62,779 bases of DNA, from assembly GCA_964540055.1 (NCBI GenBank), contig CAZILC010000008.1, positions 1-62,779 on the forward strand, in the 5' to 3' direction. Positions 52,950 to 62,779 of this stretch are shown piece after piece. Below the pieces are notes generated by a model, which worked only from the letters and a program-made list of their open reading frames with translations, was not told where the DNA came from and did not search any database. The stretch's first letter is position 1. Each line of letters begins with the position of its first letter. The DNA comes from an uncultured Gammaproteobacteria bacterium. Lineage in GTDB: Bacteria; Patescibacteriota; Microgenomatia; Levybacterales; UBA12049. The position numbers were made by a program, and so were the translations under genes.

Positions 52950-54650
52950 ATGTCTGACGAGAACAATTCAACTTCTACTAACCAACCAAATGGTACTATC
53001 TCCTTCATCGCCCTCGGCGGATTTGAAGATGTAACTCGTAATATGTATCTGTATGAATATAACGATCAGATATTTATTGTTGATTGTGGGTTGGGTTTTC
53101 CGGATGAGACAATGCTTGGAGTTGATCTGATGCTTCCGGATATTACGTATCTTCTTGAGCAGGTGAAAAAAGGGAAGAAAATTGTGGGTATGGTTCTTTC
53201 TCATGGACATGAAGATCACATCGGGGGGTTACCATTTATTCTGCCCCAATTGCCACAGTTTCCCATTTACGCATCACCTTTGACCGCGGCACTTGCCAAT
53301 GAAAAATTAAAAGATTATAAAGTGCAATCAACTATCAATACCGTTCAGTTCACTGATAAGGAAATTCAGCTGGGGGATTTTGCTTTTTCCTTAGTTCACG
53401 TTACCCATTCAATTCTTGATAGTTCCAATATTATTATCAGGACACCATTGGGAAATTTGTATCATGGAAGTGATTATAAATTTGATCTTACTCCGGCTGA
53501 TGGGAAAAGAACTGATTTTCTCAAAATTACTCAAACTGCACAACAAGGATTTATTGCACTACTATCTGATTGTCTCGGATCAACCCGTGACGGTTTCACT
53601 CCATCTGAACAGTCTCTTGGCCAGCAATTTGAAAAAGAAATGCGTACGAGCCCTGGCAAATTTATCATTACAACGTACTCATCCAATGTCTCACGTCTCA
53701 ATCAGGCAATTCAAGCTGCTGAGATGACGGGGCGCAAAGTATGTTTTGTCGGACGATCAGTTATCAAGGTAAAAGAAGTTGCTGATCGGCTGGGTTACCT
53801 TAAAATCCACGACGGCACTGAGATACGCATCGATGAGCTGCCTAAATTTAAAAGTAAGCAACTCTGTTTGGTCGTTGCGGGAAGCCAGGGACAGGAAAAT
53901 TCCGCGTTGACGCGAATTGCAGAAGGCGATCACCGAGATATTAAATTGGACCCGCAGGATACCGTTGTCTTTTCGTCAGATACTATTCCGGGTAACGAGC
54001 TTTCAGTTAACGCGTTGAGTGATACTATTGCAAAACGTGGTGCGCGAGTTCTATATTCAAATGGAAAAGGAATTTATCATGTCTCGGGTCATGGATCGGC
54101 CGGGGATCATATGCTTTTAATTGCCCTCACGCAACCACGGTTTCTTGTTCCAATTAGCGGAACGTATCGGGATATGGTAGCGTATCGTTTGACTGCCCAG
54201 CAAATGGGATACAAGCGAAATGATGTATTTATCATTGAAAATGGACAAGAGCTTTTAATTTCCCGAAATGCTATTAAGTTCGGAAGAAAAGTTGAAATAA
54301 AACATGTCTATGTGGATGAAGTATCGGGTGAAGAAGTTGAGAATTTTGTCATCAGAGACCGTGAACGGCTCGCAAAAGAAGGAGTGGTTATTGTAATGGC
54401 AGAAGTCAAAGCATCCGATGGGCAGTTGGCACAAAAGCCGGAAGTAATCGCACGTGGATTTTATATGACAGACACCAATGAAATATCCGGACCTTTGACT
54501 GATGAGATTGAAAGGGTGCTTTCACAGCATAAAGAAAAAGTGACGAACTGGTTTCATATCCGAAAAAATATTGGTGAGACTTCGGAAAAATATCTCTCCA
54601 AAAAACTCCGCACCCGCCCACTTGTTTTGCCGGTTGTAATAGAAGTTTAA
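52950..54650 (+). CDS. rnj: ribonuclease J
   Basis: Metallo-beta-lactamase motif HGHEDHIGG, beta-CASP region and an RNase J C-terminal domain; 566 aa. Confidence 0.9.
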   Translation: MSDENNSTSTNQPNGTISFIALGGFEDVTRNMYLYEYNDQIFIVDCGLGFPDETMLGVDLMLPDITYLLEQVKKGKKIVGMVLSHGHEDHIGGLPFILPQLPQFPIYASPLTAALANEKLKDYKVQSTINTVQFTDKEIQLGDFAFSLVHVTHSILDSSNIIIRTPLGNLYHGSDYKFDLTPADGKRTDFLKITQTAQQGFIALLSDCLGSTRDGFTPSEQSLGQQFEKEMRTSPGKFIITTYSSNVSRLNQAIQAAEMTGRKVCFVGRSVIKVKEVADRLGYLKIHDGTEIRIDELPKFKSKQLCLVVAGSQGQENSALTRIAEGDHRDIKLDPQDTVVFSSDTIPGNELSVNALSDTIAKRGARVLYSNGKGIYHVSGHGSAGDHMLLIALTQPRFLVPISGTYRDMVAYRLTAQQMGYKRNDVFIIENGQELLISRNAIKFGRKVEIKHVYVDEVSGEEVENFVIRDRERLAKEGVVIVMAEVKASDGQLAQKPEVIARGFYMTDTNEISGPLTDEIERVLSQHKEKVTNWFHIRKNIGETSEKYLSKKLRTRPLVLPVVIEV

Positions 54651-54651
54651 A

Positions 54652-55122
54652 ATGATAATAGTACCGTTTATTCCCCCGGATCAGGAAGCTACTGCTGTGT
54701 TTATGCGCCAAATTTATTTAGAAATGAAATGGTCAAAGCATCCGTTGATCGGCATTGAAGATCTGGCGAATTTTTTTCATTTGCCGGATGGGGGAGTTTT
54801 GTTTCTCATAAAATTTGATAACAGAATAGTAGGAACAGGCGGTTGGATAAAACTGACCGATACGGATGCACTGCTTAAACGTTTTTTTATAGCCCAGGAA
54901 GTCAGAGGATCGGGGATTGCAGAGGAACTATTTAACAAATTGGTCTCCACTGCAAAGGAGCACAATGTAGCACGATTGCTCATTGATGTCAGCAAGAATA
55001 ACGAAAGGGCGATTCATTTTTTTGAAAAAAACGGGTTTAAACAGTTTGATCAGAAACCTGTTGAGGGTTGGGACGAGACAAAATTACCTGATATTTTTAA
55101 TTATTACACACGAGATGTATAG
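54652..55122 (+). CDS. GNAT-family N-acetyltransferase
   Basis: Motif A is QEVRGSGIAEELF, followed by C-terminal FFEKNGF. The gene starts 1 nt after the rnj stop. Confidence 0.75.
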   Translation: MIIVPFIPPDQEATAVFMRQIYLEMKWSKHPLIGIEDLANFFHLPDGGVLFLIKFDNRIVGTGGWIKLTDTDALLKRFFIAQEVRGSGIAEELFNKLVSTAKEHNVARLLIDVSKNNERAIHFFEKNGFKQFDQKPVEGWDETKLPDIFNYYTRDV

Positions 55123-55126
55123 ATTA

Positions 55127-55963
55127 TTACTGGATTTGTAGATCAATGCAGCCGACACCTCTATCAAAATCCCCATCATGGATGACAAATTCTGCCCTAT
55201 GATTGCCTGAGGTAAGACCTAGGGATGCAATATTCCAGATATATTCTGCGGTGTAGCATTTGAAAAAGTTTGTATTAAGACATGTTGAGGTTTTCCCAGC
55301 AGGAAGAGGGTCTGCAGGAACGGCGGCAGAGGTTATAACAGTCATCACAGGATGTGATGGGTCATTATTGACCTGACCTTTTATATAATTGGGAAAATGA
55401 GGAGTTCCTCCCATTTCGGCGGTGAATGAATCAAGATATAATGCCGGCTCATAAAGATAATTATCATCTGCTTTTGAGGCACGGTTACCCGCAGTTGCGA
55501 TACTGCCATCGGAATTGACAGTTTCCCCCGGTGCTATCATCGGCTCACCTTCATCGGTAACCCATACTTTAACTTGTCCAGTGGGGCTAATTGATTGACC
55601 GCTTGCAGGGAGAGTTGCAGCGATAATTTGCGATTCGTTATTGACACCACCTGGCTGACAAAGTCCACCGGTAACTGGTGGCACCTGTTGAGGTGGAGGG
55701 GCTGCAAGAGTGGGAGTTGGAGCAAGTGTGACGTAACCGAACGTTTTGAGTTGAAGATTGCTATACGAGTTACCGTTAGTAGACGGTGTTACTACAGCTA
55801 CCACTTGACCATTATTGTTGGCAATCTGTGTAGGAAGTCCTCCGACTGCGCTTAATCCGGCAATAATGAGAATGACAAGTACAATGAAGACAAAAAAATT
55901 ACCAACAGAGCCTTTTTGTAATTTTTTAGCAGGGCGCTTTCTCTTTTTCACTTTTACCGGCAT
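55127..55963 (-). CDS. membrane-anchored/secreted hypothetical protein
   Basis: Basic N-terminus plus a TM helix, a Pro-rich linker, then a domain I do not recognise. Confidence 0.5.
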   Translation of the reverse strand: MPVKVKKRKRPAKKLQKGSVGNFFVFIVLVILIIAGLSAVGGLPTQIANNNGQVVAVVTPSTNGNSYSNLQLKTFGYVTLAPTPTLAAPPPQQVPPVTGGLCQPGGVNNESQIIAATLPASGQSISPTGQVKVWVTDEGEPMIAPGETVNSDGSIATAGNRASKADDNYLYEPALYLDSFTAEMGGTPHFPNYIKGQVNNDPSHPVMTVITSAAVPADPLPAGKTSTCLNTNFFKCYTAEYIWNIASLGLTSGNHRAEFVIHDGDFDRGVGCIDLQIQ

Positions 55964-55969
55964 ATATTA

Positions 55970-56041
55970 ATCTAAATTGATTTTAATACACTTGTCAAAT
56001 ATTTAAAAGATATTGACACAAATCAAGTTTGCTATTACGCT
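55970..56041. promoter_or_regulatory. divergent promoter region with back-to-back TTGACA boxes
   Basis: On the minus strand, TTGACA (55998-55993) - 17 nt - TTAGAT sits 6 nt before the ATG at 55963. On the plus strand, TTGACA (56013-56018) - 17 nt - TACGCT is weak. Confidence 0.4.
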
Positions 56042-56057
56042 TAAAGCAGTAACAGTT

Positions 56058-56576
56058 ATGAATAAAAAATATGTAGTAATTTTCGCAGCAGTCATTGTAC
56101 TGCTTATTGGTTTTGTCGTTATGGTTATTTTTCAAGATAAGCCGGATACTACAACGCAGCAGAAAGTTATTGTAAATACTCCTCACAGTATTACCCCATC
56201 ACCAAGTGGCGCAGTTCCAACATTGGCTCTTCCTCCACTTACAGGAAGTGCCAAACAAGTGGCGGTACAGTTTTACAAGTATTACACCACAGCTCCGGAA
56301 AATCCCTTCGCAAATGGTGCGTACAAATCGAGTCCATATTTATCACCTGAATTCCAAATGGTTGTCTCAGCAGGAAATGGTAACGTACCGGTATTTTGCT
56401 CGCAAAATATCAGAAAAAATGTCTCCGCGAGCCAGGAACGGACGTATTATTATGGCAATATGTATCTATCGCAGGAAGTCTTAAGCGATGCCACGACTTC
56501 AAAGGATTTATTCCGAGTTGTATTGGAGAATAAGGATGGAAAATGGCTCATATTTGATATTAATTGTATTAATTAA
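56058..56576 (+). CDS. membrane-anchored hypothetical protein
   Basis: The protein starts MNKKYVVIFAAVIVLLIGFVVMVIF (TM helix), followed by a ~140-aa domain. Confidence 0.5.
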   Translation: MNKKYVVIFAAVIVLLIGFVVMVIFQDKPDTTTQQKVIVNTPHSITPSPSGAVPTLALPPLTGSAKQVAVQFYKYYTTAPENPFANGAYKSSPYLSPEFQMVVSAGNGNVPVFCSQNIRKNVSASQERTYYYGNMYLSQEVLSDATTSKDLFRVVLENKDGKWLIFDINCIN

Positions 56577-56584
56577 TCGGTTTG

Positions 56585-56800
56585 CTATGAGGACATTTGT
56601 ACAAATTGCAATGGGTTGTTGAGATATATTTTATACTGTGAATTTTTTAGTAGTTTTGAGAAATACTTTGCAAGAAATACTCCAACTACAAGTCCTGCAA
56701 ACAACCCAACATTATCCGGATCAAGATGAAAATTTGCTTTTTTAATAAGAGCAAATGCAATTAAGCTTAGAAGCGTTACTAGTTTTATATATACTCTCAT
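56585..56800 (-). CDS. possible small membrane protein (71 aa)
   Basis: Two hydrophobic segments; there is no other support. Confidence 0.3.
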   Translation of the reverse strand: MRVYIKLVTLLSLIAFALIKKANFHLDPDNVGLFAGLVVGVFLAKYFSKLLKNSQYKIYLNNPLQFVQMSS

Positions 56801-56955
56801 ATTTTTTTATTTATTTTATATATATGTTTTATCGCAGAGGTTTGGGAAAGTGTGTAAGAAGAAAGATAATGCATTGTAAGGCAGGGAGAAAAAATATTTT
56901 AATACATCTCAATTGTGATTAATGTTAGAAATTACAATCAAAATAATCCCATAGT

Positions 56956-56984
56956 TTGATTCCCAAGGTAAAATATACTATAAT
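56956..56984 (+). promoter_or_regulatory. putative promoter (TTGATT - 17 nt - TATAAT)
   Basis: The -35 is at 56956-56961 and the -10 at 56979-56984. The ATG at 57004 follows. Confidence 0.5.
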
Positions 56985-57003
56985 AATATTTTCAATTGTG
57001 TAC

Positions 57004-57507
57004 ATGAAAGTCGAACATAAAGGATTGTTAGTACAAAATGAAACTCCATTACAAGCTGCTGGAGTAATTGTTTTTAATGCTAGTGATGAAGTTTTACTGG
57101 TGTGTCATAAAATTGCGCCAAGAGGTATTGGGAATAAAGTTGGCATGTTAGGATTTCCAGCTGGAATTAGAGATCGTGGTAAGACACTGCGGATGACTGC
57201 TCTTGCCGAACTGGAAGAGGAAACAGGCATCATAACCATACCTGAATATCTGGAAGAATTTGCAGGCAATGATCCTCCAGCTTCACTTATACCAAGATCC
57301 AATGGTAAAGAACGATTAATTGCTCATAAAAGTTATTTATACACTGGACCAAAAAAATTCAGTCCTTTTCAACTCAATGCTGAAGTCACTGCGGGATGGT
57401 ACGCTGATAGGCAAGTGAGGCAGTTTAAAAATGGAGGTTTGTTACTTCCAAATGTATTTAATCAGATTCATATCGCTAGAGGCTTTGATAAGCAACTTTC
57501 CAGATAA
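57004..57507 (+). CDS. Nudix-family hydrolase (divergent Nudix box)
   Basis: GFPAGIRDRGKTLRMTALAELEEETGI approximates the Nudix box GX5EX7REUXEEXGU. Confidence 0.55.
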   Translation: MKVEHKGLLVQNETPLQAAGVIVFNASDEVLLVCHKIAPRGIGNKVGMLGFPAGIRDRGKTLRMTALAELEEETGIITIPEYLEEFAGNDPPASLIPRSNGKERLIAHKSYLYTGPKKFSPFQLNAEVTAGWYADRQVRQFKNGGLLLPNVFNQIHIARGFDKQLSR

Positions 57508-57519
57508 ATAGAAATTAGT

Positions 57520-57993
57520 TTACCACCTGAAGTGTGAGAAGGCTTTGTTGGCTTCGGCTTGTTTGAGGGCGATTTCTCTCTTTCTTACTGCTTCTCCTTC
57601 GTTGTTGATCGCTGAGAGCATTTCGGCTGCTAATTTGTCAGCGAATGAATGGAATTCTTTGTTGGATCTTTTACGAGCTGCATCAATCATCCAGCGAAGC
57701 GCGAGTGCCATTCTTCTCTCGTGTTTGACCTCAACAGGAACTTGATAATTTGCGCCGCCGATACGTCGTGCTTTAACTTCAACTTTTGGACCGATATTCT
57801 GAATCGCTTTTTCAAAAGCTTCCAGAGGTTTCTGGCCTTTTTGTTCAAGAATGCTGAAGGCATTGTAAACTTGAGCTTGAGCAACAGTCTTTTTGCCATC
57901 ACGCATGATGTAATTGATAAGTTTGGCAACCTGGACACTGCCGTAAACGGTATCTGGATTAGTTTGTCTTTTTTGTACTTTTGCGTGTCTCAT
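57520..57993 (-). CDS. rpsG: 30S ribosomal protein S7
   Basis: 157 aa with a canonical S7 sequence (GKKTVAQ, VEVKARRIGGANYQVPVEV). Confidence 0.95.
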   Translation of the reverse strand: MRHAKVQKRQTNPDTVYGSVQVAKLINYIMRDGKKTVAQAQVYNAFSILEQKGQKPLEAFEKAIQNIGPKVEVKARRIGGANYQVPVEVKHERRMALALRWMIDAARKRSNKEFHSFADKLAAEMLSAINNEGEAVRKREIALKQAEANKAFSHFRW

Positions 57994-58009
57994 GTTTAGG
58001 TTTTAGTTA

Positions 58010-58432
58010 TTAAGCTGCTTTTGCTTGTGGCCGCTTTGTGCCGTAAATACTTCTACTTGTCATACGCTTTTCAACTCCCAAAAGATCGAATTTACCGCGG
58101 ACTGCATGATATTTTACACCTGGCAAGTCTCGGACACGGCCGCCTTTGACAAGAACAATACCGTGCTCTGAGAGTGAATGTCCGACTCCTTGGATGTAGG
58201 CGGTGACTTCCATTTTATTGGAAAGTTTTACACGAGCAACTTTTCGAAGCGCGGAATTCGGTTTTTTTGGTGTCATTGTCTTAACTAGGGTTACAACTCC
58301 ACGTTTCTGTGGTGATGCAGTGTCAGAATATTTGCGGTCTTTCGCGTTGAACAATCTTTTCAGCGCAGTAGATCGGGTCTTTTTGATCCTTTTTGCTCTT
58401 CCTCTTTTTGCTAATTGTGCAAGCGTTGGCAT
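58010..58432 (-). CDS. rpsL: 30S ribosomal protein S12
   Basis: Contains [14 protein letters not shown] and [13 protein letters not shown]. Confidence 0.95.
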   Translation of the reverse strand: MPTLAQLAKRGRAKRIKKTRSTALKRLFNAKDRKYSDTASPQKRGVVTLVKTMTPKKPNSALRKVARVKLSNKMEVTAYIQGVGHSLSEHGIVLVKGGRVRDLPGVKYHAVRGKFDLLGVEKRMTSRSIYGTKRPQAKAA

Positions 58433-58440
58433 AGGTTTGT

Positions 58441-58449
58441 ATTATAGCA
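58441..58449 (-). promoter_or_regulatory. extended -10 (TGcTATAAT, minus strand) 8 nt upstream of the rpsL ATG
   Basis: The plus strand reads ATTATAGCA at 58441-58449. Confidence 0.45.
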
Positions 58450-58455
58450 TAAACG

Positions 58456-58498
58456 AGTATAAAGAGGCTAGTGATTAGTATAAAATATCAAGTATAAA
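58456..58498. repeat. three direct copies of AGTATAAA in the rpoC-rpsL spacer
   Basis: Copies are at 58456, 58477 and 58491. TTAATACTT also occurs twice, further on (58520-58545). Confidence 0.7.
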
Positions 58499-58551
58499 AA
58501 GGTTTTATGCTTCAGTATACTTAATACTTACGTCTTAATACTTTATACTTC

Positions 58552-61500
58552 TTATGCAGCTGGTTGCATTTCAGGTTGAACTACTTCGACTGGTTCTTCT
58601 GTTGCTTCCTGTTTTGCTTCAATTGATTCTTCTGTTTCAAATTTCCCATCAAGACCTGAGACCGGAATTAGCCGTCCGATAATGACATTTTCTTTCAGAC
58701 CCAAAAGTTTGTCAACTCTTCCTTCAAGTGCAGCTTCTGTCAGCACTTTGGTTGTCTCCTGGAAGGATGCAGCTGAAAGCCAACTGTCAGAGAAGAGCGC
58801 AGATTTGGTTATACCAAGAATAACCTGACGTCCTGTTGCTGGTTCTCCGCCTTCTGAAAGAACTTCAGCATTGATTTCTTCAAATCGAGCTTTGGTGACA
58901 AAATCTCCAGGGATAAGTGATGTGTCTCCGACACTTTCAACAATGATCTTGTCAGACATCTTTCGAATAATAACTTCAAAGTGCTTGTCATTAATACCAA
59001 TTCCCTGTGACTCATACACTTTTTGTACTTCTGTGATCAAATAGCGCTGAACCATGAGAAGTCCACCGATCTTGAGTACTTCTTTCGGATCCAAATCTCC
59101 TTCTGCGAGTGGAGTTCCTGCATTAACTTCCTCACCATCCTGAACGCGAAGTGTTGATGACAGCGGAACAAAGTATTCTTGTGATTCGATTGGTTTAATC
59201 CTTGTGTTCTTGACATGAATGTGGTGGCCCTCATCAGTTGTTTCAATTTTGATTTTACCGGTAATTTCAGAAATTGCTGCCATATTCTTTGGCGTTCGCA
59301 TTTCAAAAAGTTCTTCAACGCGGGGAAGACCCTGCGTAACGTCAGACATAACAACTCCTCCGTAATGGCGGACACGCATGGTAAGCTGAGTTCCTGGTTC
59401 TCCGATACTTTGTGCAGCCATAACACCAACTGGTACTCCAAGGCCAACTCGTTTCTTGGTAGAAAGATCCCAACCATAACATGATGCACAGAGTCCATAA
59501 GGAAGAGCACAGAGAAGTGGTGTTCGAAGCAGTACTTCCTGGACTTCGTTTTCTTCCAGGAGTTTGACAGTCTCTTCATTGACTTCATCTCCTGCTTTAA
59601 GAACAATCTTCTTTGATTTTGGCGCAAGCGCGTTTGCTGCAAGGACGCGTCCCATCAAACGATCACTAAATGCTGATGTGCGATCTTTTTCACCGCGAAC
59701 GATTTGGATACCTTCGGCTGTTCCACAATCTTCTTGTCTGATGATAACTTCATGAGCGACATCAACAAGACGTCGAGTCAAATATCCTGCATTTGCCGTT
59801 TTCAAAGCTGAATCGGTAAGACCTTTTCGTGAACCTCGAGCGGAAGCGACATATTCAAAAATTGAGAGACCTTCACGGAAGTTAGATTTAACAGGCAATT
59901 CAACAATTTTACCCATAGGATCAACGATAAGTCCACGAAGCGCTGACAACTGTTTGATCTGCTCAAGTCCTGCACGTGTTCCTCCTGAATCAATACTGAG
60001 TTTGATTGGATTTTGTGGTTTGATAGCTTTCCAAGTAAGATCTGCAACTTCGTTGGTCACTTTAAGCCAGACTTCATTTGAAAGTCTCTTCTTTTCAGAC
60101 AATGTAATAAGTCCTTGCTTGTATTCTTCATCAATAACTTTGACTTTCTTTTCTCCTTCACCAATCATTGCATTTTTTTCAGGAGCGATATCATTATCAA
60201 AAACAGAGACACTAATACCTGAAATTGTTGCGCCGAAGAAACCAAGATTTTTAATCTTATCGATAAGCGCTGCAACAACATCTGATGAATATTGTTTCAT
60301 TGATCGAGTAATGATTTTCTTGATTGCACCTGCATTAATTCCGTCGTTTACGTACCCGAAATCCTCTGGTAGAAGTTCATTAAATCTGATGCGTCCGACT
60401 GTTGTTTCAATAACTGAAGTGTTGCCTTGGTGATCGGTAATTTTAACTTTAATAGGTTCGCGCATTCTGACCTTTTGGATATCATAAGCCAAAAGTGCTG
60501 AATTGGTGTCACTGAAGTAAGGTTGATCATCTTCACTTTTACGTACGCCTTCATCAATGGTTGTCAGGTAATACGTACCAAGAGCCATTTCTTTGTTAGG
60601 AAGCGTGATTGGATCACCTGACGCTGGTTTGAGCAAATTGTGATTTGGCATCATCAGTTCAATTGCTTCTTCTTGTGCTTTTGCAGAAAGTGGGATATGA
60701 ACAGCCATCTGATCACCGTCAAAGTCAGCATTGTAACCAGCACACACACATGGATGCAATTGAATTGCTGATCCTTCGATTAGAACAGGATAGAATGCCT
60801 GGATACCGAGTTTGTGCAAGGTTGGAGCACGGTTCAAAAGTACCGGATGGTTCTTTGTGATTTCCTCAAGAATATCAAAAACTTCAGGTGGACGTTTTTC
60901 GATGTAGCGTTTTGCTGATTTAATATTAGTCGCGAGACCTCGAACAATAACTTCGCGAAGAATGAAAGGTTTGAACATTTCAAGTGCCATTTCTTTAGGA
61001 AGTCCACATTGATTAAGTCTAAGTTCTGGACCAACTACGATAACTGAACGTCCTGAGTAATCAACACGTTTTCCAAGTAGATTTTGTCGGAAACGACCTT
61101 GTTTTCCGCGAAGCATGTCTGAAAGTGAGCGAAGTGCAGAGGAGAGACTCTGGCTTGAGCGCTGTGATGAATCAATAAGTGCATCAACTGATTCCTGAAG
61201 CATGCGTTTTTCGTTTCTCAAAATAATTTCAGGCGCACCGAGTGAGAGAAGATGCTTCAAACGGTTGTTTCTATTAATAACTCTTCGATACAAATCATTC
61301 AAATCAGAAGTTGCAAATCTACCTCCTGAGAGCTGAACCATCGGACGAAGATCAGGTGGGATAACTGCCAATACATCGGTGATCATCGCAGTTGGCGTGA
61401 CATCTGCTTTTCTCATGGATTCAAGAAGTCTCAAGCGTTTGACGATCTTAAGATATCTCTGACTGGATGCTTTTTCAGCTTCGGTTCGAAGATCAGCAAT

Positions 61501-62370
61501 GAGTTTGGTAATATCAAGTCTTGAAACAACTTCCAGAAGTGCTTCAGATCCGGTTTTGATCGTAAAGAAGATTGGTATATCGTATTCAAGAAGTTTGAAA
61601 TACTCATCTTCAGAGAGAACACTTCCAACTCGAAGACTTTTCAAAAGTTTTGTAAAGGTATCTGAGATCTCATCAAGTTTCTTTGATTCATTCTCGAGTG
61701 ATTCTGCATTTCTTGTCAGTTTCTGGCGTGCTGCGAGTTCAATTTCTTGCTCAATGAGTTGTTTTTGCTCAGGACTCTTTTTATCAGAAGCTTCTTTTTT
61801 CTTGTCAGCTGAATCCTTTTCAATTTTCGCTGCTTCGCCATCCATTCGCTCTTTCAATCCGTCTTTTCTCTTGGTAATAGTCTGAATGAAGACTTCAAGC
61901 GCTTCTTTTTTCTTTTCTTCATCAATATTAGTGATCAGGTACGATGCATAGTAAATAATTGATTCAAGACTTTTCTGCTGAATGTCCAAAAGAAGGCTCA
62001 GCGCACTTGATGCACCTTTGAAGAACCAGACATGCGCAACAGGAGATGCGAGCTTGATATGCCCGAGTCTCTCTCGTCGTACACGGGAAAGGGTAACTTC
62101 AACTCCACATTTGTCACAAACAATGCCTCGATAGCGGATTCTCTTGTATTTTCCACAATAACATTCCCAGTCCTTCGTAGGTCCGAAAATTCTTTCGTCA
62201 AAAAGTCCGTCTTTTTCAGGTCGAAGGGTTCGGTAGTTGATAGTTTCAGGCTTGGTTACTTCACCATATGACCAGTTCATGATGTCGTCATTTTTGGCGA
62301 GTAACAATTTCAATGATTTGAAATCTGAAATATTTAAGTCTTTTAAGATGTTTTTGTTTTTATTATTCAT
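58552..62370 (-). CDS. rpoC: DNA-directed RNA polymerase subunit beta-prime
   Basis: Catalytic NADFDGDQM, a zinc-binding CxC...CxxC N-terminus, and a start (MNNKNK) 1 nt after the rpoB stop. Confidence 0.95.
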   Translation of the reverse strand: MNNKNKNILKDLNISDFKSLKLLLAKNDDIMNWSYGEVTKPETINYRTLRPEKDGLFDERIFGPTKDWECYCGKYKRIRYRGIVCDKCGVEVTLSRVRRERLGHIKLASPVAHVWFFKGASSALSLLLDIQQKSLESIIYYASYLITNIDEEKKKEALEVFIQTITKRKDGLKERMDGEAAKIEKDSADKKKEASDKKSPEQKQLIEQEIELAARQKLTRNAESLENESKKLDEISDTFTKLLKSLRVGSVLSEDEYFKLLEYDIPIFFTIKTGSEALLEVVSRLDITKLIADLRTEAEKASSQRYLKIVKRLRLLESMRKADVTPTAMITDVLAVIPPDLRPMVQLSGGRFATSDLNDLYRRVINRNNRLKHLLSLGAPEIILRNEKRMLQESVDALIDSSQRSSQSLSSALRSLSDMLRGKQGRFRQNLLGKRVDYSGRSVIVVGPELRLNQCGLPKEMALEMFKPFILREVIVRGLATNIKSAKRYIEKRPPEVFDILEEITKNHPVLLNRAPTLHKLGIQAFYPVLIEGSAIQLHPCVCAGYNADFDGDQMAVHIPLSAKAQEEAIELMMPNHNLLKPASGDPITLPNKEMALGTYYLTTIDEGVRKSEDDQPYFSDTNSALLAYDIQKVRMREPIKVKITDHQGNTSVIETTVGRIRFNELLPEDFGYVNDGINAGAIKKIITRSMKQYSSDVVAALIDKIKNLGFFGATISGISVSVFDNDIAPEKNAMIGEGEKKVKVIDEEYKQGLITLSEKKRLSNEVWLKVTNEVADLTWKAIKPQNPIKLSIDSGGTRAGLEQIKQLSALRGLIVDPMGKIVELPVKSNFREGLSIFEYVASARGSRKGLTDSALKTANAGYLTRRLVDVAHEVIIRQEDCGTAEGIQIVRGEKDRTSAFSDRLMGRVLAANALAPKSKKIVLKAGDEVNEETVKLLEENEVQEVLLRTPLLCALPYGLCASCYGWDLSTKKRVGLGVPVGVMAAQSIGEPGTQLTMRVRHYGGVVMSDVTQGLPRVEELFEMRTPKNMAAISEITGKIKIETTDEGHHIHVKNTRIKPIESQEYFVPLSSTLRVQDGEEVNAGTPLAEGDLDPKEVLKIGGLLMVQRYLITEVQKVYESQGIGINDKHFEVIIRKMSDKIIVESVGDTSLIPGDFVTKARFEEINAEVLSEGGEPATGRQVILGITKSALFSDSWLSAASFQETTKVLTEAALEGRVDKLLGLKENVIIGRLIPVSGLDGKFETEESIEAKQEATEEPVEVVQPEMQPAA

Positions 62371-62371
62371 A

Positions 62372-62779
<408 letters not shown>

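Noticed and set aside
59037-59642. 201-aa alternative-frame ORF inside rpoC, and similar shadows in pnp (46926-47432), the Clp genes (33785-34279, 40066-40527) and the GT2 gene
   Set aside because: They are fully contained in strongly supported conserved genes, and their translations have no recognisable motifs.

Overview
This 62.8-kb window is low-GC and very gene-dense, with about 53 protein-coding genes. I could not recognise any rRNA, tRNA, CRISPR array, transposase or integrase. TGA is used as a stop (e.g. 5572-5574), so the standard code 11 applies. The gene content fits a reduced Patescibacteria/CPR-type genome, possibly Microgenomates-like; this is inference only. Supporting traits are a class-I LysRS, a minimal IF-2, Pro/Thr-linker secreted proteins, dockerin-like repeats, two-TM T4SS-pilin-like proteins, many low-complexity tails and few Shine-Dalgarno sites. 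The housekeeping backbone contains: murB; a GNAT-like + HDAC-type deacetylase pair; a class-I lysyl-tRNA synthetase fused to a B3/B4 domain; an IMPase; rdgB; a minus-strand run metG-tatD-processive GT2-GT-C-GT4-UbiA (envelope glycan); hrcA-grpE-dnaK behind a CIRCE-like operator; a zinc-finger-less dnaJ; nusA-infB-(degenerate NrnA-like)-rpsO-pnp; a protease-less Lon-like ATPase; RNase J; and rpoB(3' end)-rpoC-rpsL-rpsG. The most unusual region is 27.8-40.9 kb. It is a co-directional locus with a two-TM pilin-like gene and a 1509-aa polytopic membrane protein carrying a triplicated composite repeat. It also has a Clp/Hsp100-type double AAA+ ATPase that lacks both the M-domain and the ClpP loop. 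That ATPase's C-terminal extension carries four copies of the same 'IANP' helical repeat found in the giant protein. The locus ends with a second, membrane-anchored Clp-like protein whose NBD1 motifs and both pore-loop tyrosines are lost. No VirB4/VirD4-type ATPase is present in the window. I propose this as a candidate undescribed AAA+-coupled envelope or surface apparatus. Other notable items are a cysteine-rich ectodomain fused to a pilin-like C-terminus, an NrnA-like pseudoenzyme inside the nusA-infB operon, and a recurrent leaderless-type promoter geometry.
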